Positions 29,434-40,352 are shown, counted from the first letter of the stretch. The stretch: 64,000 nt of DNA from an uncultured delta proteobacterium (GCA_963808235.1 CAWEEQ010000004.1:2816001-2880000); one strand, 5' to 3'. Notes: generated by a model not told the origin, from the sequence alone. Numbers and translations: made by a program.

Positions 29434-31044
29434 TTAGTCCGATGGGGGGCGGGTTGGGGGGTGGTAGATTTTGTCTTCCGGTTCCGCGGCGGCGGCTTGC
29501 TGATTGCCTACGGCGACAGATATTACGCCGGAGGGCTGGACTCGGTTCGCGCCGGCGAGCCGACGTTTACGTGCCGCGTACAAGATGCTGATGGCGAGCC
29601 GGAGCATCAGCAAAATCGTGAAGATTGCGGAGAGCTGGCCGAACCAGTCGCCGGTGCGCGAGTAGAGCGTCGGTCCGGTGCCGAGCGGGAGGTCGGCGAT
29701 CGCGATCGCATCGTGAGTTTGCGAGGTCTTGTCCGCAGCGAGCTGGCGTCCGCGGGAATCGTTCGCGGAGACCAACCCGCCACGCGCCGCGCGCGCAACC
29801 GAGAAGCCTGCCTCGACGCCTCGGACCACGCTCATCTGCTGATGAATCTTCTCGGAGCCGCGCCAATCAGAGGCCGGCGCAAGCACCACGCGCACGTTGT
29901 TGGCGGCAAGCTCGCGCGCGGTGGCGATAAAATCCAAATCCTGGCTGATGAGTATGGCAGTGCGTCCCCATGGCGCGTCGAATATCGCGGGCTTCGAACC
30001 CGGCTTGTAATCCCATTCGAGACTCGGAATCGGGTGATGCTTGGCGTAGGCGGAAGCGATTTTGCCGCTGGGATCGAAGACCACGGCGATGTTGCGCTTG
30101 GGCGAGCGGCCGACCTGGTTGAGCCCGACCACCAGCCATACATGCGACATGCTGGCGATGCGCGAGAATCCCTGCACGACGTCCCATTCGGAGCTGGGTT
30201 CCACGCCGACAATTTTTTCGGGCAGAACGATCACCTGGGTACGTCCGTCGGCGACCTGGCGCACGAGTTTCGCGTAGAGCGCGACGATATCCGCGGCGTC
30301 GCTCAAATCGCCGGACTCAGATTGCGGTATGAGGCGATCACTGGCGATCATCGCGACCCGCACTGACGGGGTTTTCGGCGCGAGCAGAACGCGAATCGAT
30401 CCGGCGAGAATTGCGATCGCAAAGACGGCGACCGCCATGATCGCGGGATGGGTCCATTCCATGTTCCATCGGCGGCGATACCATGCGACCGCGAGTCCGG
30501 ACGGCAGCAACGACATGATGAACATCACGCCCGGTCCGCCGAGCCACGACGCGACTTGCAGCATCGGCAGAAAATCGACTTGTGAATACGCGGGGCTGCC
30601 CCAGGTGCCGTGGGGCGACTGGACCGCGAGTGAAAAGTAGAAGGCAGTTTCGAAAGTCGGGAAGACCAGCGCGGCCAGCACCCCGGACCATCGCCGGGTC
30701 GCCTCGACAGCGCATGCGATGAAGGTGGCGAACACGACTGCGCCCGCGAAGTGTGACGCGAACGTCGTCAGCATCGGAACCGCGAAGCTCTCGCCGCCCC
30801 ATGCGGCCAGGTTGCCGAAGAAGTATGCGAGGAACGCGAATTGCGCGGCGCGCACGGTCGGAAGCTCGGGCGCGGTTGCGAGGATCGGCAGCGGTGCGAA
30901 CAGTCCGCATAGCCATATCCGGGGATCGGCGGCGGAAACTTCGAACAGCACCGCGCTCACGCCGGCGGCGATCGCGGCAATGGTGACGGCGGGTCCGGCG
31001 CTGATCGGGCGGCCTGCTGGATCGAAGTTGGCGCCGGCCGGCAT
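29434..31044 (-). CDS. Apolipoprotein N-acyltransferase-like membrane nitrilase-fold protein
   Basis: N-terminal TMs, PAYSQ, VLPEK, YAKHH, RGVEAG..VARAA..G, TLYSRTGDWF. Confidence 0.85.
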   Translation of the reverse strand: MPAGANFDPAGRPISAGPAVTIAAIAAGVSAVLFEVSAADPRIWLCGLFAPLPILATAPELPTVRAAQFAFLAYFFGNLAAWGGESFAVPMLTTFASHFAGAVVFATFIACAVEATRRWSGVLAALVFPTFETAFYFSLAVQSPHGTWGSPAYSQVDFLPMLQVASWLGGPGVMFIMSLLPSGLAVAWYRRRWNMEWTHPAIMAVAVFAIAILAGSIRVLLAPKTPSVRVAMIASDRLIPQSESGDLSDAADIVALYAKLVRQVADGRTQVIVLPEKIVGVEPSSEWDVVQGFSRIASMSHVWLVVGLNQVGRSPKRNIAVVFDPSGKIASAYAKHHPIPSLEWDYKPGSKPAIFDAPWGRTAILISQDLDFIATARELAANNVRVVLAPASDWRGSEKIHQQMSVVRGVEAGFSVARAARGGLVSANDSRGRQLAADKTSQTHDAIAIADLPLGTGPTLYSRTGDWFGQLSAIFTILLMLRLAISILYAARKRRLAGANRVQPSGVISVAVGNQQAAAAEPEDKIYHPPTRPPSD

Positions 31045-31049
31045 ACGAA

Positions 31050-31889
31050 CTACGAGTTGCGGGCGGGTGTGCTCAGATCAATCACACCTTCGTTGAGCGA
31101 GCCGGAGCGAAATCCCTTCAAGTCGATGGCGACGAAACGAAAGCCGATTTTTTTGAACTCGCGATCGACGGTCTCGCGAATCTGGGGCTCGAAGATGCGC
31201 GCCATCTCGCTACGCTCGAGCTCCAGGCGCGCAACTTCGCCATGGAAGCGGACCCGCGCGATCTTGAAGCCCATCGAATGCAGCAGACGCTCGCCCGCCG
31301 CAACCTTTTGAAGCCCCTCAGGTGTAATCGTGGTGCCGTAGGGGAAGCGGGAGGACAGGCACGGCGACGCGGGGCGATCCCAGGTCGGCAGACCCATCGC
31401 GCGCGACAGTTCGCGAATCTCGGCCTTGCTCAATTCCGCTTCGACCAGCGGATGACGGACCCGTTTTTCGCTCGCCGCCTGCATTCCGGGCCGGTAATCG
31501 TGCAGGTCGTCGAGGTTGAGGCCGTCGACAATTTCGTCGATACGGAGTTCCGCCGCCTTGGCCTCGCAAACCGTGAACAGGTTGTGCTTGCAGAGGTAGC
31601 ATCGATTGATCGGGTTTTGCGCGTAGCCTGGAATTTCGAGCTCGTTGGATTCGACGATGAGGTGGCGCGCGCCGATAACTTGCGCCATCGCGAGCGCCGA
31701 TTCGCGATCCTCTTCGGGCATGGTGGGCGAAGTAGTGGTAAGCGCCAGCACGCGATCGCCAATGGTGTCGTGCGCGACTTTCAGGACGAAGGTGGAATCG
31801 ACGCCGCCGGAAAAGGCGACGATCACGGAGCGCATCGGGGCGAGGATCGCGCGCGTCCGCTCGAGCTTGGTGTCCAGTATGGTACTCAT
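31050..31889 (-). CDS. larE: ATP-dependent sulfur transferase LarE
   Basis: AFSGGVDS, RCYLCK, DDLHDYRPG, SPCLSSRFPYG, GFRSGSLN. Confidence 0.93.
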   Translation of the reverse strand: MSTILDTKLERTRAILAPMRSVIVAFSGGVDSTFVLKVAHDTIGDRVLALTTTSPTMPEEDRESALAMAQVIGARHLIVESNELEIPGYAQNPINRCYLCKHNLFTVCEAKAAELRIDEIVDGLNLDDLHDYRPGMQAASEKRVRHPLVEAELSKAEIRELSRAMGLPTWDRPASPCLSSRFPYGTTITPEGLQKVAAGERLLHSMGFKIARVRFHGEVARLELERSEMARIFEPQIRETVDREFKKIGFRFVAIDLKGFRSGSLNEGVIDLSTPARNS

Positions 31890-31898
31890 CTGCAGGCT

Positions 31899-32834
31899 CT
31901 AGATACCCTCGGCCTGGAAAAGATCGGTGGTGAGATAACGCTCGCCGGTATCGCAGAAAACCACGACGACGATTTTGCCTTTGCCGAGGCGTTTTGCGAT
32001 CTGCAGCGCGGCGCAGCAATTTGCGCCCGACGAGATGCCGACCAGGATGCCCTCTTCGCGGGCGAGGCGGCGCGAGTAGAGGGTCGCGTCCTCGTCGCTT
32101 ACCGCGGAAATCTCGTCGTAAACCTTGGTGTCGAGATTGCTCGGCACGAAGCCCGCGCCGATTCCCTGGATCTTGTGAAAGCCGGGCTCGCCTCCCGACA
32201 GCACGGGCGAGTTCTTCGGCTCGACCGCGACGATCAGCAACTTGTTGCTCAGATGCTCGCGCAAGTAATGGCCCGCGCCAGTGATGGTGCCGCCGGTGCC
32301 GACGCCCGCGACGAACGCGTCGATGCGCGGGAACTGTTCGAGCAACTCCGGACCGGTGCTGCGATAGTGGATGGCGGGATTGGCGGCGTTGCTGAATTGC
32401 TGCGGCATGAAGTAGCCGGGATTGTTGCGGCAGAGCTCTTCGGCCTTAGCGATCGCGCCGTGCATCCCGCGAGTGTCGGGGGTCAGCACGAGTTCCGCGC
32501 CGTAGGCGGCGAGCAGCGAACGGCGCTCCTCGCTCATCGTATCCGGCATCGTGAGGATCAGCTTGTAGCCCTTCACGGCGGAGACCAGCGCGAGTCCGAT
32601 TCCGGTGTTGCCACTGGTCGGCTCGACGATGGTATCGCCGGGTTTCAGGCGGCCGGCTTTTTCCGCCGCTTCGATCATCGAGAGGCAGATGCGATCCTTG
32701 ACGCTGCCGCCGGGATTGAAGTTTTCGAGTTTGGCCCAGACTTCCGCGTCGTCTTTTCCGGGCAGGCGGTTCAGGCGAACGACGGGCGTATTGCCGATAA
32801 GTTCGAGCGGCGAATTGGCTACGCTGATGGGCAT
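31899..32834 (-). CDS. cysK: Cysteine synthase A
   Basis: [25 protein letters not shown]. Confidence 0.96.
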   Translation of the reverse strand: MPISVANSPLELIGNTPVVRLNRLPGKDDAEVWAKLENFNPGGSVKDRICLSMIEAAEKAGRLKPGDTIVEPTSGNTGIGLALVSAVKGYKLILTMPDTMSEERRSLLAAYGAELVLTPDTRGMHGAIAKAEELCRNNPGYFMPQQFSNAANPAIHYRSTGPELLEQFPRIDAFVAGVGTGGTITGAGHYLREHLSNKLLIVAVEPKNSPVLSGGEPGFHKIQGIGAGFVPSNLDTKVYDEISAVSDEDATLYSRRLAREEGILVGISSGANCCAALQIAKRLGKGKIVVVVFCDTGERYLTTDLFQAEGI

Positions 32835-32952
32835 GGGCGCAATTCTAGCCGGAAAATGCGGCTGTTGGCGAATGTATAAATGAGCACAAATCAAACGGCG
32901 GCGCGCGGAAAATTCACAGTGGGAGTGCCATCGGGATGATAGAGTTAACGTG

Positions 32953-33945
32953 ATGGGTGCGATCGATTCCGCGCGGCGCGTGCTGGTGATATTTCCTGGA
33001 GCGCTCGGCGATTTCATATGCGTCATGCCGGCAATCGAGGCGATTGCGGCGCGGTATCGGGGTGCATCGATCGAATTGATGGCGCGGGCGGAGCTGGCCC
33101 GGCTCGCGGTGGGGAGAACTGTCGTCGCGCGAGGCTACTCGATCGACGCTCCGCAGGCCGGCGCGCTCTTCAGCGACACGGGCGATGCCAGCCGGCAAGC
33201 ACGCGAATTCTTCGGCGGCTATGAGCGTATCTACTCGTTCTTCGCATCGAGCGACGCGCGCTTTCGAACTCGGCTCGTCGCGGCGACCGGTGGTGAAGTT
33301 TCATTTCATCCCTTTCGGCCCATCTACGATGGATCAAGCGAGCCGCATATAGCGGCTTCATATTTGCGGTCGATTGGCGCGGCGGATGCGCCGATGCGTC
33401 CGCGCATAGAGGCGACTGTCGACGACATGCAGGCCGCGTCGGACGCGATCTCATCGGTGCGATGCGATCCATCGAATCTGATCGCGATATTTCCCGGCAG
33501 CGGAAGCATGCGCAAGAATTGGCCGGTCGATAAATTTGCGACGCTTGGCAAGATGCTGGCCGGAACATCGGGCGTCGTGTTCATTCTGGGGCCGGCGGAA
33601 TCGGCGATCGAACAGAGACTACGTCAGCGCAATTTGCCGGTGCTGAAAGATTTGGACCTTGGCACTGTTGCGGGAATCGCGCGGCTTGCGTCGGGCTTCG
33701 TAGGCAACGATTCGGGCGTGTCGCATCTGGCGGCCGCCGTCGGAGCGCCGGGAGTGGTGATATTTGGCCCGGGCGATTCCGCGCGATGGCATCCGCTTGG
33801 AAAAATCGCGGTGCTTGCCAGGGGAGAGATCGATACGATCGAGCCGGATGAGGTCGCCGCCGCATTGACTCAGATTCGCCGCGGTCGTGGCTCTCTTGAG
33901 TCCGAAAAAAGTGATCGCGTTGACTACAAAAATCGCGTGGCGTAG
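32953..33945 (+). CDS. Glycosyltransferase family 9 (heptosyltransferase-like)
   Basis: [26 protein letters not shown]. Confidence 0.9.
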   Translation: MGAIDSARRVLVIFPGALGDFICVMPAIEAIAARYRGASIELMARAELARLAVGRTVVARGYSIDAPQAGALFSDTGDASRQAREFFGGYERIYSFFASSDARFRTRLVAATGGEVSFHPFRPIYDGSSEPHIAASYLRSIGAADAPMRPRIEATVDDMQAASDAISSVRCDPSNLIAIFPGSGSMRKNWPVDKFATLGKMLAGTSGVVFILGPAESAIEQRLRQRNLPVLKDLDLGTVAGIARLASGFVGNDSGVSHLAAAVGAPGVVIFGPGDSARWHPLGKIAVLARGEIDTIEPDEVAAALTQIRRGRGSLESEKSDRVDYKNRVA

Positions 33946-33948
33946 CTT
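33920..33948 (+). promoter_or_regulatory. Sigma70-type promoter of htpX
   Basis: TTGACT-17 nt-TAGCTT. Confidence 0.5.
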
Positions 33949-33963
33949 CAAAATTACCGGTCT

Positions 33964-34824
33964 ATGACCAGCTTCTTTAAAACCACCCTGCTTTTGATTG
34001 CGATGACGGGCCTGCTGATGTTGATCGGCGGCCTGGTCGGAGGCACGCGCGGCATCGCGATCTTTTTCGTGATCGCCGCGGCGATGAACTTCTTCAGCTA
34101 TTGGTTCTCCGACAAGATCGTGCTGCGCGCGTATCACGCGCAGGAACTCGACGCGGCATCGGAGCCGGAACTCTACTCGATCGTAAACGAGCTGGCGCAT
34201 TCGGCGTCGATTCCGATGCCGCGCCTTTACCTGATCGATTCCGACACGCCCAACGCGTTTGCGACCGGGCGCAATGCCAGGCACGCGGCGGTCGCGGTGA
34301 CGCGCGGGATCATGCGGATTTGCACGCGCGATGAGTTGAAGGGCGTCATCGGGCATGAGCTGTCGCACGTGACCAATCGCGACATCCTGACCAGCTCGAT
34401 CGTCGCGACGATGGCCGGCGCGATCATGATGCTCGGCACGATGATTCGATGGGGCGCTCTGTTCGGGCTGGGCAGCCGCGACGACGAAGAAGGCGGGCTC
34501 GAGGGCCTGCTGATCGGAGGCATCCTGGCGCCGATCGCGGCGACGCTGATCCAGCTCGCGATATCGCGCACGCGCGAATACCAGGCCGACGCGAGCGGCG
34601 CCGGTCTCACTCATCATCCGCTTTATCTGGCCAGCGCGCTGCGCAAGCTCGAAGCCGCGAACGAGCGGATGCCGCTCGACGCGAGCCCCGCAACGGCGCA
34701 TATGTTCATCGTGAATCCATTGAGCGCGGCGGGAATCGCGCGCCTGTTCTCGACACATCCGCCGATCGACGAGCGAATTCGCCGGCTGGAGCGAATGTCG
34801 GCGGGACAAGCTGCGATAGGTTGA
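33964..34824 (+). CDS. htpX: Zinc metalloprotease HtpX
   Basis: PNAFATG, HELSH, SRTREYQAD, FSTHP. Confidence 0.96.
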   Translation: MTSFFKTTLLLIAMTGLLMLIGGLVGGTRGIAIFFVIAAAMNFFSYWFSDKIVLRAYHAQELDAASEPELYSIVNELAHSASIPMPRLYLIDSDTPNAFATGRNARHAAVAVTRGIMRICTRDELKGVIGHELSHVTNRDILTSSIVATMAGAIMMLGTMIRWGALFGLGSRDDEEGGLEGLLIGGILAPIAATLIQLAISRTREYQADASGAGLTHHPLYLASALRKLEAANERMPLDASPATAHMFIVNPLSAAGIARLFSTHPPIDERIRRLERMSAGQAAIG

Positions 34825-34835
34825 CGGTCAATCCG

Positions 34836-35328
34836 ATGGAAGATCAGGAAGACAAGCGCGGATTCAAAGTTCAGGACCGGCGCCGTTTTTCCTCGGAAGG
34901 CGAAACCAGGACGGAAGGCGAAGCGTCATCTGATCGTGCCGATGCGCCATCGCCGCCGCCCAAGCCCGACGGTGGCTCATCAGCAAAGCCCGATGTGACT
35001 GCGAATCCGAACGCCGCGCAGACTGCAGGGACTGCCGAAGGTGCGACGCGACATGGAGCTGGAGCTCCAGCGCCGGAATTGACGTTCGCGGCGTTTGTCG
35101 TGGAGCCTTTCGGAGCAGGCGCTAGCGGCGCTTGGGGAGATTCCGGATCCGGCGACGGGCAAAGTGACACACGACCTGGTCATGGCGCAGCAGATGATCG
35201 ACCTAATCATAATGTTACGCGACAAGACGCGCGGAAATCTCGATCAACACGAACAGACGCTGGTGCAGGAGATTCTTTCCACTCTGCAAATGAAGTACGT
35301 TGAATTGGCGAGACAGCCAGGCCGCTGA
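34836..35328 (+). CDS. DUF1844-family protein (apparent +1 frameshift ~35103)
   Basis: GFKVQDRRRF N-terminus; SL..QALAALGEIPDP...IDLI.MLRDKTRGNL in the next frame. Confidence 0.8.
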
Positions 35329-35353
35329 AGCGGGCAGCTACGTTTAATCACAC

Positions 35354-36868
35354 ATGCCGTATAAGTTTTTTCGACCCATCGCCACTATCGGCGTCGCTCT
35401 GATGATCGCGAGCTTCGCCGGAGTCCTTACAATCGCAACCGCGGGCGCCGAGGCAGTCCCCGCGCAGAGTACGACGCAGTCGGCGCGCTTCTGGAGCGAG
35501 CTCGATCCGGGGCACGTTGCGAAGGCGAATACGATGCCGGACTTCGTCGAGCTGGCGGCGAAGCTGAGTCCCGCGGTCGTGAACATCTCGACCGACGAGC
35601 CCGACGAACCGGCCGAAACCGTCGAGCCGCCAGAAGGAATCGAGCCGCCGGGGAGCCATGAGGGCATCCCGCATTCGCATAGTCCGTTCGAGGAATTCGG
35701 CGGCCCGCAGCATTCAAAGGCGCTCGGCTCCGGGTTCATCATCACCAAGGACGGCTACATCCTGACCAACGAGCACGTGGTCGAGAATCCCGGCAAGGTC
35801 ACCGTGACCACGCAGGACGGCCGCAACTACATTGCGAAAATTATCGGGCATGACGATAAGAGCGACATCGCGCTGCTGAAAATCGATGCGAAACACGACC
35901 TCGCGGTGGCGCCGCTAGGCAACTCGAACGAGCTGCGAGTTGGCGAATGGGTGATGGCGATAGGCAATCCGTTCGGCTTCGATCATTCGGTGACAGCGGG
36001 AATCATCAGCGCCAAGGGACGCTTCATCCCGGGCAACTACGAAAACTTTATCCAGACCGATGCGTCGATAAATCCCGGCAACTCGGGTGGGCCGCTGATC
36101 GACCTGCGCGGCGACGTGGTCGGCGTCAACTGCGCAATCTACACGCATACAGGCTCGAGCATGGGAATTGGGTTTGCGGTGCCGATAGATCTGGTCAAAG
36201 AGGAACTGCCGCAGCTTAAGACGGCGGGCAAAGTGGTGCGCGGATGGCTCGGCGTTTACATCCAGAAGATGACGCCGGAGCTCGCCGAGTCGCTGGGACT
36301 GGCGGATTCGCGCGGAGCGCTGGTCGCCAAAGTGCTCGACGACGGTCCGGCCAAGGCTGCCGGCGTCAAGCGCGGCGACGTGATCGTATCGTTCGACAAC
36401 CAGGAGGTCGGCGATTCGCGCGAGCTGCCCCTGATGGTTGGGCGAACCGAACTCGGCCACAAGGGAATGCTCAAAGTGATCCGTGACAAGCAGACGATCG
36501 AGCTGCCGGTCACGATCACGGAATCGCACGAGACCGAACTGGCGGCGGCGGAAAAGGCGGAAAAGCCCGAGGCCGGCATCAAGTCGCCGTTCGGGCTGCG
36601 GGTGAAGGATCTCAGTCCGGAGCTCGCCAAGGAACTGGGGATCGAGGCGCCGGGCGGGGTTGTGATTTCGGCGGTGCAGCCAGGGAGCCGCGCCGATGAG
36701 GCGGGCTTGCGCGCACGCGACGTAATCCTGGAAGTGAATCGCGAGGCGGTGAAAGACGTGGATTCGTATCAGAGCGCTATCAAGACCGGCGCCAAGGGAA
36801 AGATAGTTTTGCTGCTCGTGAAACGTGGCGAGAACACGATTTACGTGGCGATGAAGCCCGAGGTTTGA
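35354..36868 (+). CDS. degP: DegP/DegQ (HtrA) serine protease with two PDZ domains
   Basis: GSGFII, TNEHV, DIAL, QTDASINPGNSGG. Confidence 0.93.
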   Translation: MPYKFFRPIATIGVALMIASFAGVLTIATAGAEAVPAQSTTQSARFWSELDPGHVAKANTMPDFVELAAKLSPAVVNISTDEPDEPAETVEPPEGIEPPGSHEGIPHSHSPFEEFGGPQHSKALGSGFIITKDGYILTNEHVVENPGKVTVTTQDGRNYIAKIIGHDDKSDIALLKIDAKHDLAVAPLGNSNELRVGEWVMAIGNPFGFDHSVTAGIISAKGRFIPGNYENFIQTDASINPGNSGGPLIDLRGDVVGVNCAIYTHTGSSMGIGFAVPIDLVKEELPQLKTAGKVVRGWLGVYIQKMTPELAESLGLADSRGALVAKVLDDGPAKAAGVKRGDVIVSFDNQEVGDSRELPLMVGRTELGHKGMLKVIRDKQTIELPVTITESHETELAAAEKAEKPEAGIKSPFGLRVKDLSPELAKELGIEAPGGVVISAVQPGSRADEAGLRARDVILEVNREAVKDVDSYQSAIKTGAKGKIVLLLVKRGENTIYVAMKPEV

Positions 36869-36941
36869 GCGGGGGACGCGCCGGCGACTATCAAATAGCC
36901 GAGCGGCGCGGCCAGCCGGCTTCGCGCCATCGCCGATTCAG

Positions 36942-39308
36942 ATGTCCTTCAAACGAATTCTTAAGATCGCGCTCATCTGCGTGGGCGCGCTCATATTGTT
37001 CGCGGTGCCGCCTACGTTGTGGCTTTTCTTCAGCTACTACAATCAGCTCGAAAATGAGGTCGTGGCGCGGTTCTCGGGCAAGAGATGGAACATTCCGTCG
37101 CGCATCTACTCGGACTCGGAGCTAATCTACCCGGGACAGGATCTGAAGGATCTCGGATTTTTCGAGCGGCTTGCGCGCCTCAATTACCATCCAGTCGATC
37201 CAGGCAGAGTCACCACGCGCGGCGAATATAGTTTCGACAAAAAACGCGGCAAGCTCGACATCTTCCTGCACAGCTTCGCGTATCCATATCGCAACTTCGG
37301 CGGCGAGGTGGTCGATATCGCGGTCAAGGACGATGCGATCGTGTCGATGCAGGATAGCGGCAATCATCAGCCGATATACTCGATTGAGCTGGAACCCGAA
37401 CTAATCAGCGGAATCTTCGAGGGCGAATGGGAGCAGCGCCGGCTGGTGCGCCTTGCCCAGATACCGCCGACGATGATCAACGCGATCCTGGCCGCCGAGG
37501 ATCATCGCTTTTACGAGCATCATGGCGTCGATCTGGTCCGCACGATCAAAGCCGCGTATATCGATTTCACTTCGGGCCACGTGCGCCAGGGCGGCTCGAC
37601 ACTGACCCAGCAATTGATGAAAAACTTTTTCCTGACCCGCGAACGCAGTTACAAGCGCAAGGTCAAGGAAGCGCTGATGGCGTATATCGCGGAGAATCGC
37701 TACTCGAAAGATGAAATCCTGGAAAACTACATCAACGATATCTACCTGGGTCAGCGCGGACAGGAAGGTATCTACGGCGTCTGGGAGGCGTCCGAATACT
37801 ACTTCTCAAAAGAGCCGCGCGACTTGACTATTGGCGAGATGGCGGCGATTGCGGGCATGATCAGTTCGCCCAACCGGCTGAATCCGCTGCGCCATCCCGA
37901 CGCGGCACGCCAGCGGCGCGACGAAGTCCTCGGCTCGATGCTCCAGGATGGCTACATCAGTAAGGCCGCGTACGATTCGGCGGTCGGCGAGCCGCTTCAC
38001 GCGCGCGAGGTTTACAACGAAAGTAACGACGCGCCCTACTTCGTCGATTACGTCAAAAAGGAGCTCGCCGAACGGTATCCGCCGCAGGTGCTGAGTGGCG
38101 AAGGGCTCAGGATTTTCACCTCGCTCGACGTGCACATGGAAAAGCTCGGCGAGCAGGCGATAACGCACAATCTCGCCGATCTCGAATCGAAGCATCCCAA
38201 GCTGGTCCGGCGCGAAGCTACCCAGCGCCTCGAGTCGTGCCTGGTTGCGCTCGAGCCGCAGAGCGGCAGGATTCGCGCGATGGTCGGTGGACGCGACTAT
38301 CGCGAAAGCCAGTTCAATCGCGTCATCCAGTCAAAACGGCAGCCCGGCTCGGTCTTCAAACCGGTCACCTATCTCGCGGCTTTTGACGAGACGCTTTCGG
38401 GCGGGGGAGAGAAATTTCTCCCGACGACATATATAGAAGACGCGCCGTTCACCTGGCAGTACGGCGACATGAGCTGGACTCCCAACAACTACCGCGACCG
38501 CTTCTTCGGCCACGTCACGCTGGAATTCGCGCTCGGCGAGTCGCTCAACTCGGCGACCGCGCGCCTTGCGAACAGCGTCGGGCTCGATCGAATACGCGCG
38601 ATGGCGTCGAAGCTCGGCTTCGGCGATCTGCCCTCGTACCCGTCGATCGTGCTCGGCGGTATCGAAGTCTCGCCGATGCAGGTCGCGCGCGCATACGCGG
38701 TGATCGCGAACGACGGAATGGAAATTCAACCCTACGCGGTCACCGCGGTCGTCGATGAGAACAACAAGGTAATCGAGGGTCATGAGCTAACCGAAGAGCA
38801 AGTGATCTCGCCGGAACTCGCATACATGATGCAGTTCATGCTCGAGAATGTGATCAATCACGGCACCGGCGCCGGCGCGCGCTCGATGGGTTTCACCCGG
38901 CCGGCGGCGGGCAAGACCGGCACCACCAACGACGCCAAGGACGCGTGGTTTTCCGGGTTCACTCCGAATCTCCTGACCGTGGTGTGGACTGGATTCGATC
39001 AAAAAGAGGAACTCGGGCTGACCGGAGCGCAGGCCTCGCTGCCCGCATGGACGGCATTCATGAAGGCCGCGACTGCTTCCAGGCCGGCGCTCGATTTCAC
39101 CGCGCCGCCGGGAATCGTAGAAGTGAAAGTTGACCCCACGACCGGCTTCAAGGCGACGCCGTATTGCCCGGTCACCATGATGGGTGTGTATCCTGTCGGG
39201 TTGGCGCCAACCACCGACTGTCCGTATCATACGAGTGCAGCGGCGCTGGCGGGCTCGGATCACAAAATTCCCGAAGCCCCGAATCCGGCCACCGATCCGA
39301 ATGATTAA
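36942..39308 (+). CDS. mrcB: Penicillin-binding protein 1B (UB2H, transglycosylase, transpeptidase)
   Basis: EDHRFYEH, GGSTLTQQL, SVFK, SLN, KTG. Confidence 0.92.
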   Translation: MSFKRILKIALICVGALILFAVPPTLWLFFSYYNQLENEVVARFSGKRWNIPSRIYSDSELIYPGQDLKDLGFFERLARLNYHPVDPGRVTTRGEYSFDKKRGKLDIFLHSFAYPYRNFGGEVVDIAVKDDAIVSMQDSGNHQPIYSIELEPELISGIFEGEWEQRRLVRLAQIPPTMINAILAAEDHRFYEHHGVDLVRTIKAAYIDFTSGHVRQGGSTLTQQLMKNFFLTRERSYKRKVKEALMAYIAENRYSKDEILENYINDIYLGQRGQEGIYGVWEASEYYFSKEPRDLTIGEMAAIAGMISSPNRLNPLRHPDAARQRRDEVLGSMLQDGYISKAAYDSAVGEPLHAREVYNESNDAPYFVDYVKKELAERYPPQVLSGEGLRIFTSLDVHMEKLGEQAITHNLADLESKHPKLVRREATQRLESCLVALEPQSGRIRAMVGGRDYRESQFNRVIQSKRQPGSVFKPVTYLAAFDETLSGGGEKFLPTTYIEDAPFTWQYGDMSWTPNNYRDRFFGHVTLEFALGESLNSATARLANSVGLDRIRAMASKLGFGDLPSYPSIVLGGIEVSPMQVARAYAVIANDGMEIQPYAVTAVVDENNKVIEGHELTEEQVISPELAYMMQFMLENVINHGTGAGARSMGFTRPAAGKTGTTNDAKDAWFSGFTPNLLTVVWTGFDQKEELGLTGAQASLPAWTAFMKAATASRPALDFTAPPGIVEVKVDPTTGFKATPYCPVTMMGVYPVGLAPTTDCPYHTSAAALAGSDHKIPEAPNPATDPND

Positions 39309-39336
39309 TTTTTTACGATCGCTCGGGAACCAAACG

Positions 39337-40275
39337 ATGCAATCTACGCTTCCGCGGGCCGGATCACTCGTTCTTGCAATGGTCATGATGTTAATGACGA
39401 CAAGCGTCGCCGCCGCGGCTGTCTCGAATCCGATTGTCGTTGCGTTCGAGGAAGAATCGATTCCCGCCGCGGATCTCACGGCGCCGAGCCCGGCCGCGTC
39501 GCCATCGCCGGGCGACGAATCGAGTCCGGATTCCGCCACGTGGGAGAAAGTGCCAACGTCGCCATCTGCTCCCGCCGCTGCCCAAGCTTCGTCGACGGGA
39601 TTTAGAGCTGTCTCGGCTCCCGCACCGGTTTCCCCGCTGAGTCCGCAACCCGCGGCGCCTGCCGAGGTTCCGCCCGCGATGGACGTCGGCTCGCTGGCGC
39701 CGACACCTCAAATCAGCGACTCGTCTCTGGAACCGTTGATCAGCGCCGCGCCGACTCCGGCGCGCGCGGCGTCGCTCAGGATCACGGAAAAGCAACGCGT
39801 CGAACTCGCGCAGGGACACGTCGATGACGCGGTTCGCGAGCTGGCGCATGCGGTGTCGATCGATCCGAGCAACTCGTACGCGTACTTCTATCTCGGGCGC
39901 GCCTACGTCGCCCGCAAGGGCTACGCGCAGGCGCTGACTTTCTTCAAGCGTGCGGAAATCGGTCTCGCCTCCAACTCCGCGTGGCTCGGCGAAATTTACG
40001 CATTCGAAGGATTGAGTCTCGAGGAATCGGGGAAATCGGCCGAAGCCGAGGCGGCGTATCAGAAGGCGCTCGCCGCGACTCCGGGCAACCTGACCGCGCG
40101 CGTCGGCGCCACACGCCTGGCGGCATTCGCACCAGGACCTCCGGCCGGAGCGCCAGTGGCCGACGCGATTGCGCCCGCACCCAGTGCCGAAGAAGCTCCT
40201 CCCGCACCTGTCGAAGCGCCGCCTCCGCCAGCGCCCGCGCCTGCTTCCAGTCCCGCGGATACGAGCGACGACTGA
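39337..40275 (+). CDS. Secreted Pro/Ala-rich TPR protein (possible LpoP-like PBP1B partner)
   Basis: Signal peptide, low-complexity linker, TPR helices; directly after PBP1B. Confidence 0.7.
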   Translation: MQSTLPRAGSLVLAMVMMLMTTSVAAAAVSNPIVVAFEEESIPAADLTAPSPAASPSPGDESSPDSATWEKVPTSPSAPAAAQASSTGFRAVSAPAPVSPLSPQPAAPAEVPPAMDVGSLAPTPQISDSSLEPLISAAPTPARAASLRITEKQRVELAQGHVDDAVRELAHAVSIDPSNSYAYFYLGRAYVARKGYAQALTFFKRAEIGLASNSAWLGEIYAFEGLSLEESGKSAEAEAAYQKALAATPGNLTARVGATRLAAFAPGPPAGAPVADAIAPAPSAEEAPPAPVEAPPPPAPAPASSPADTSDD

Positions 40276-40352
40276 TACTTTCCGCGTCCGTCATCAGTAG
40301 ATATTGTTGATCCCGCGCGGGGTGCAGCACCGTCCACCCGCAGAACTTCGAG

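Noticed and set aside
31242-32879. Long antisense ORFs (also 40059-41459, 33619-34809)
   Set aside because: Shadows of well-supported genes in GC-rich DNA.
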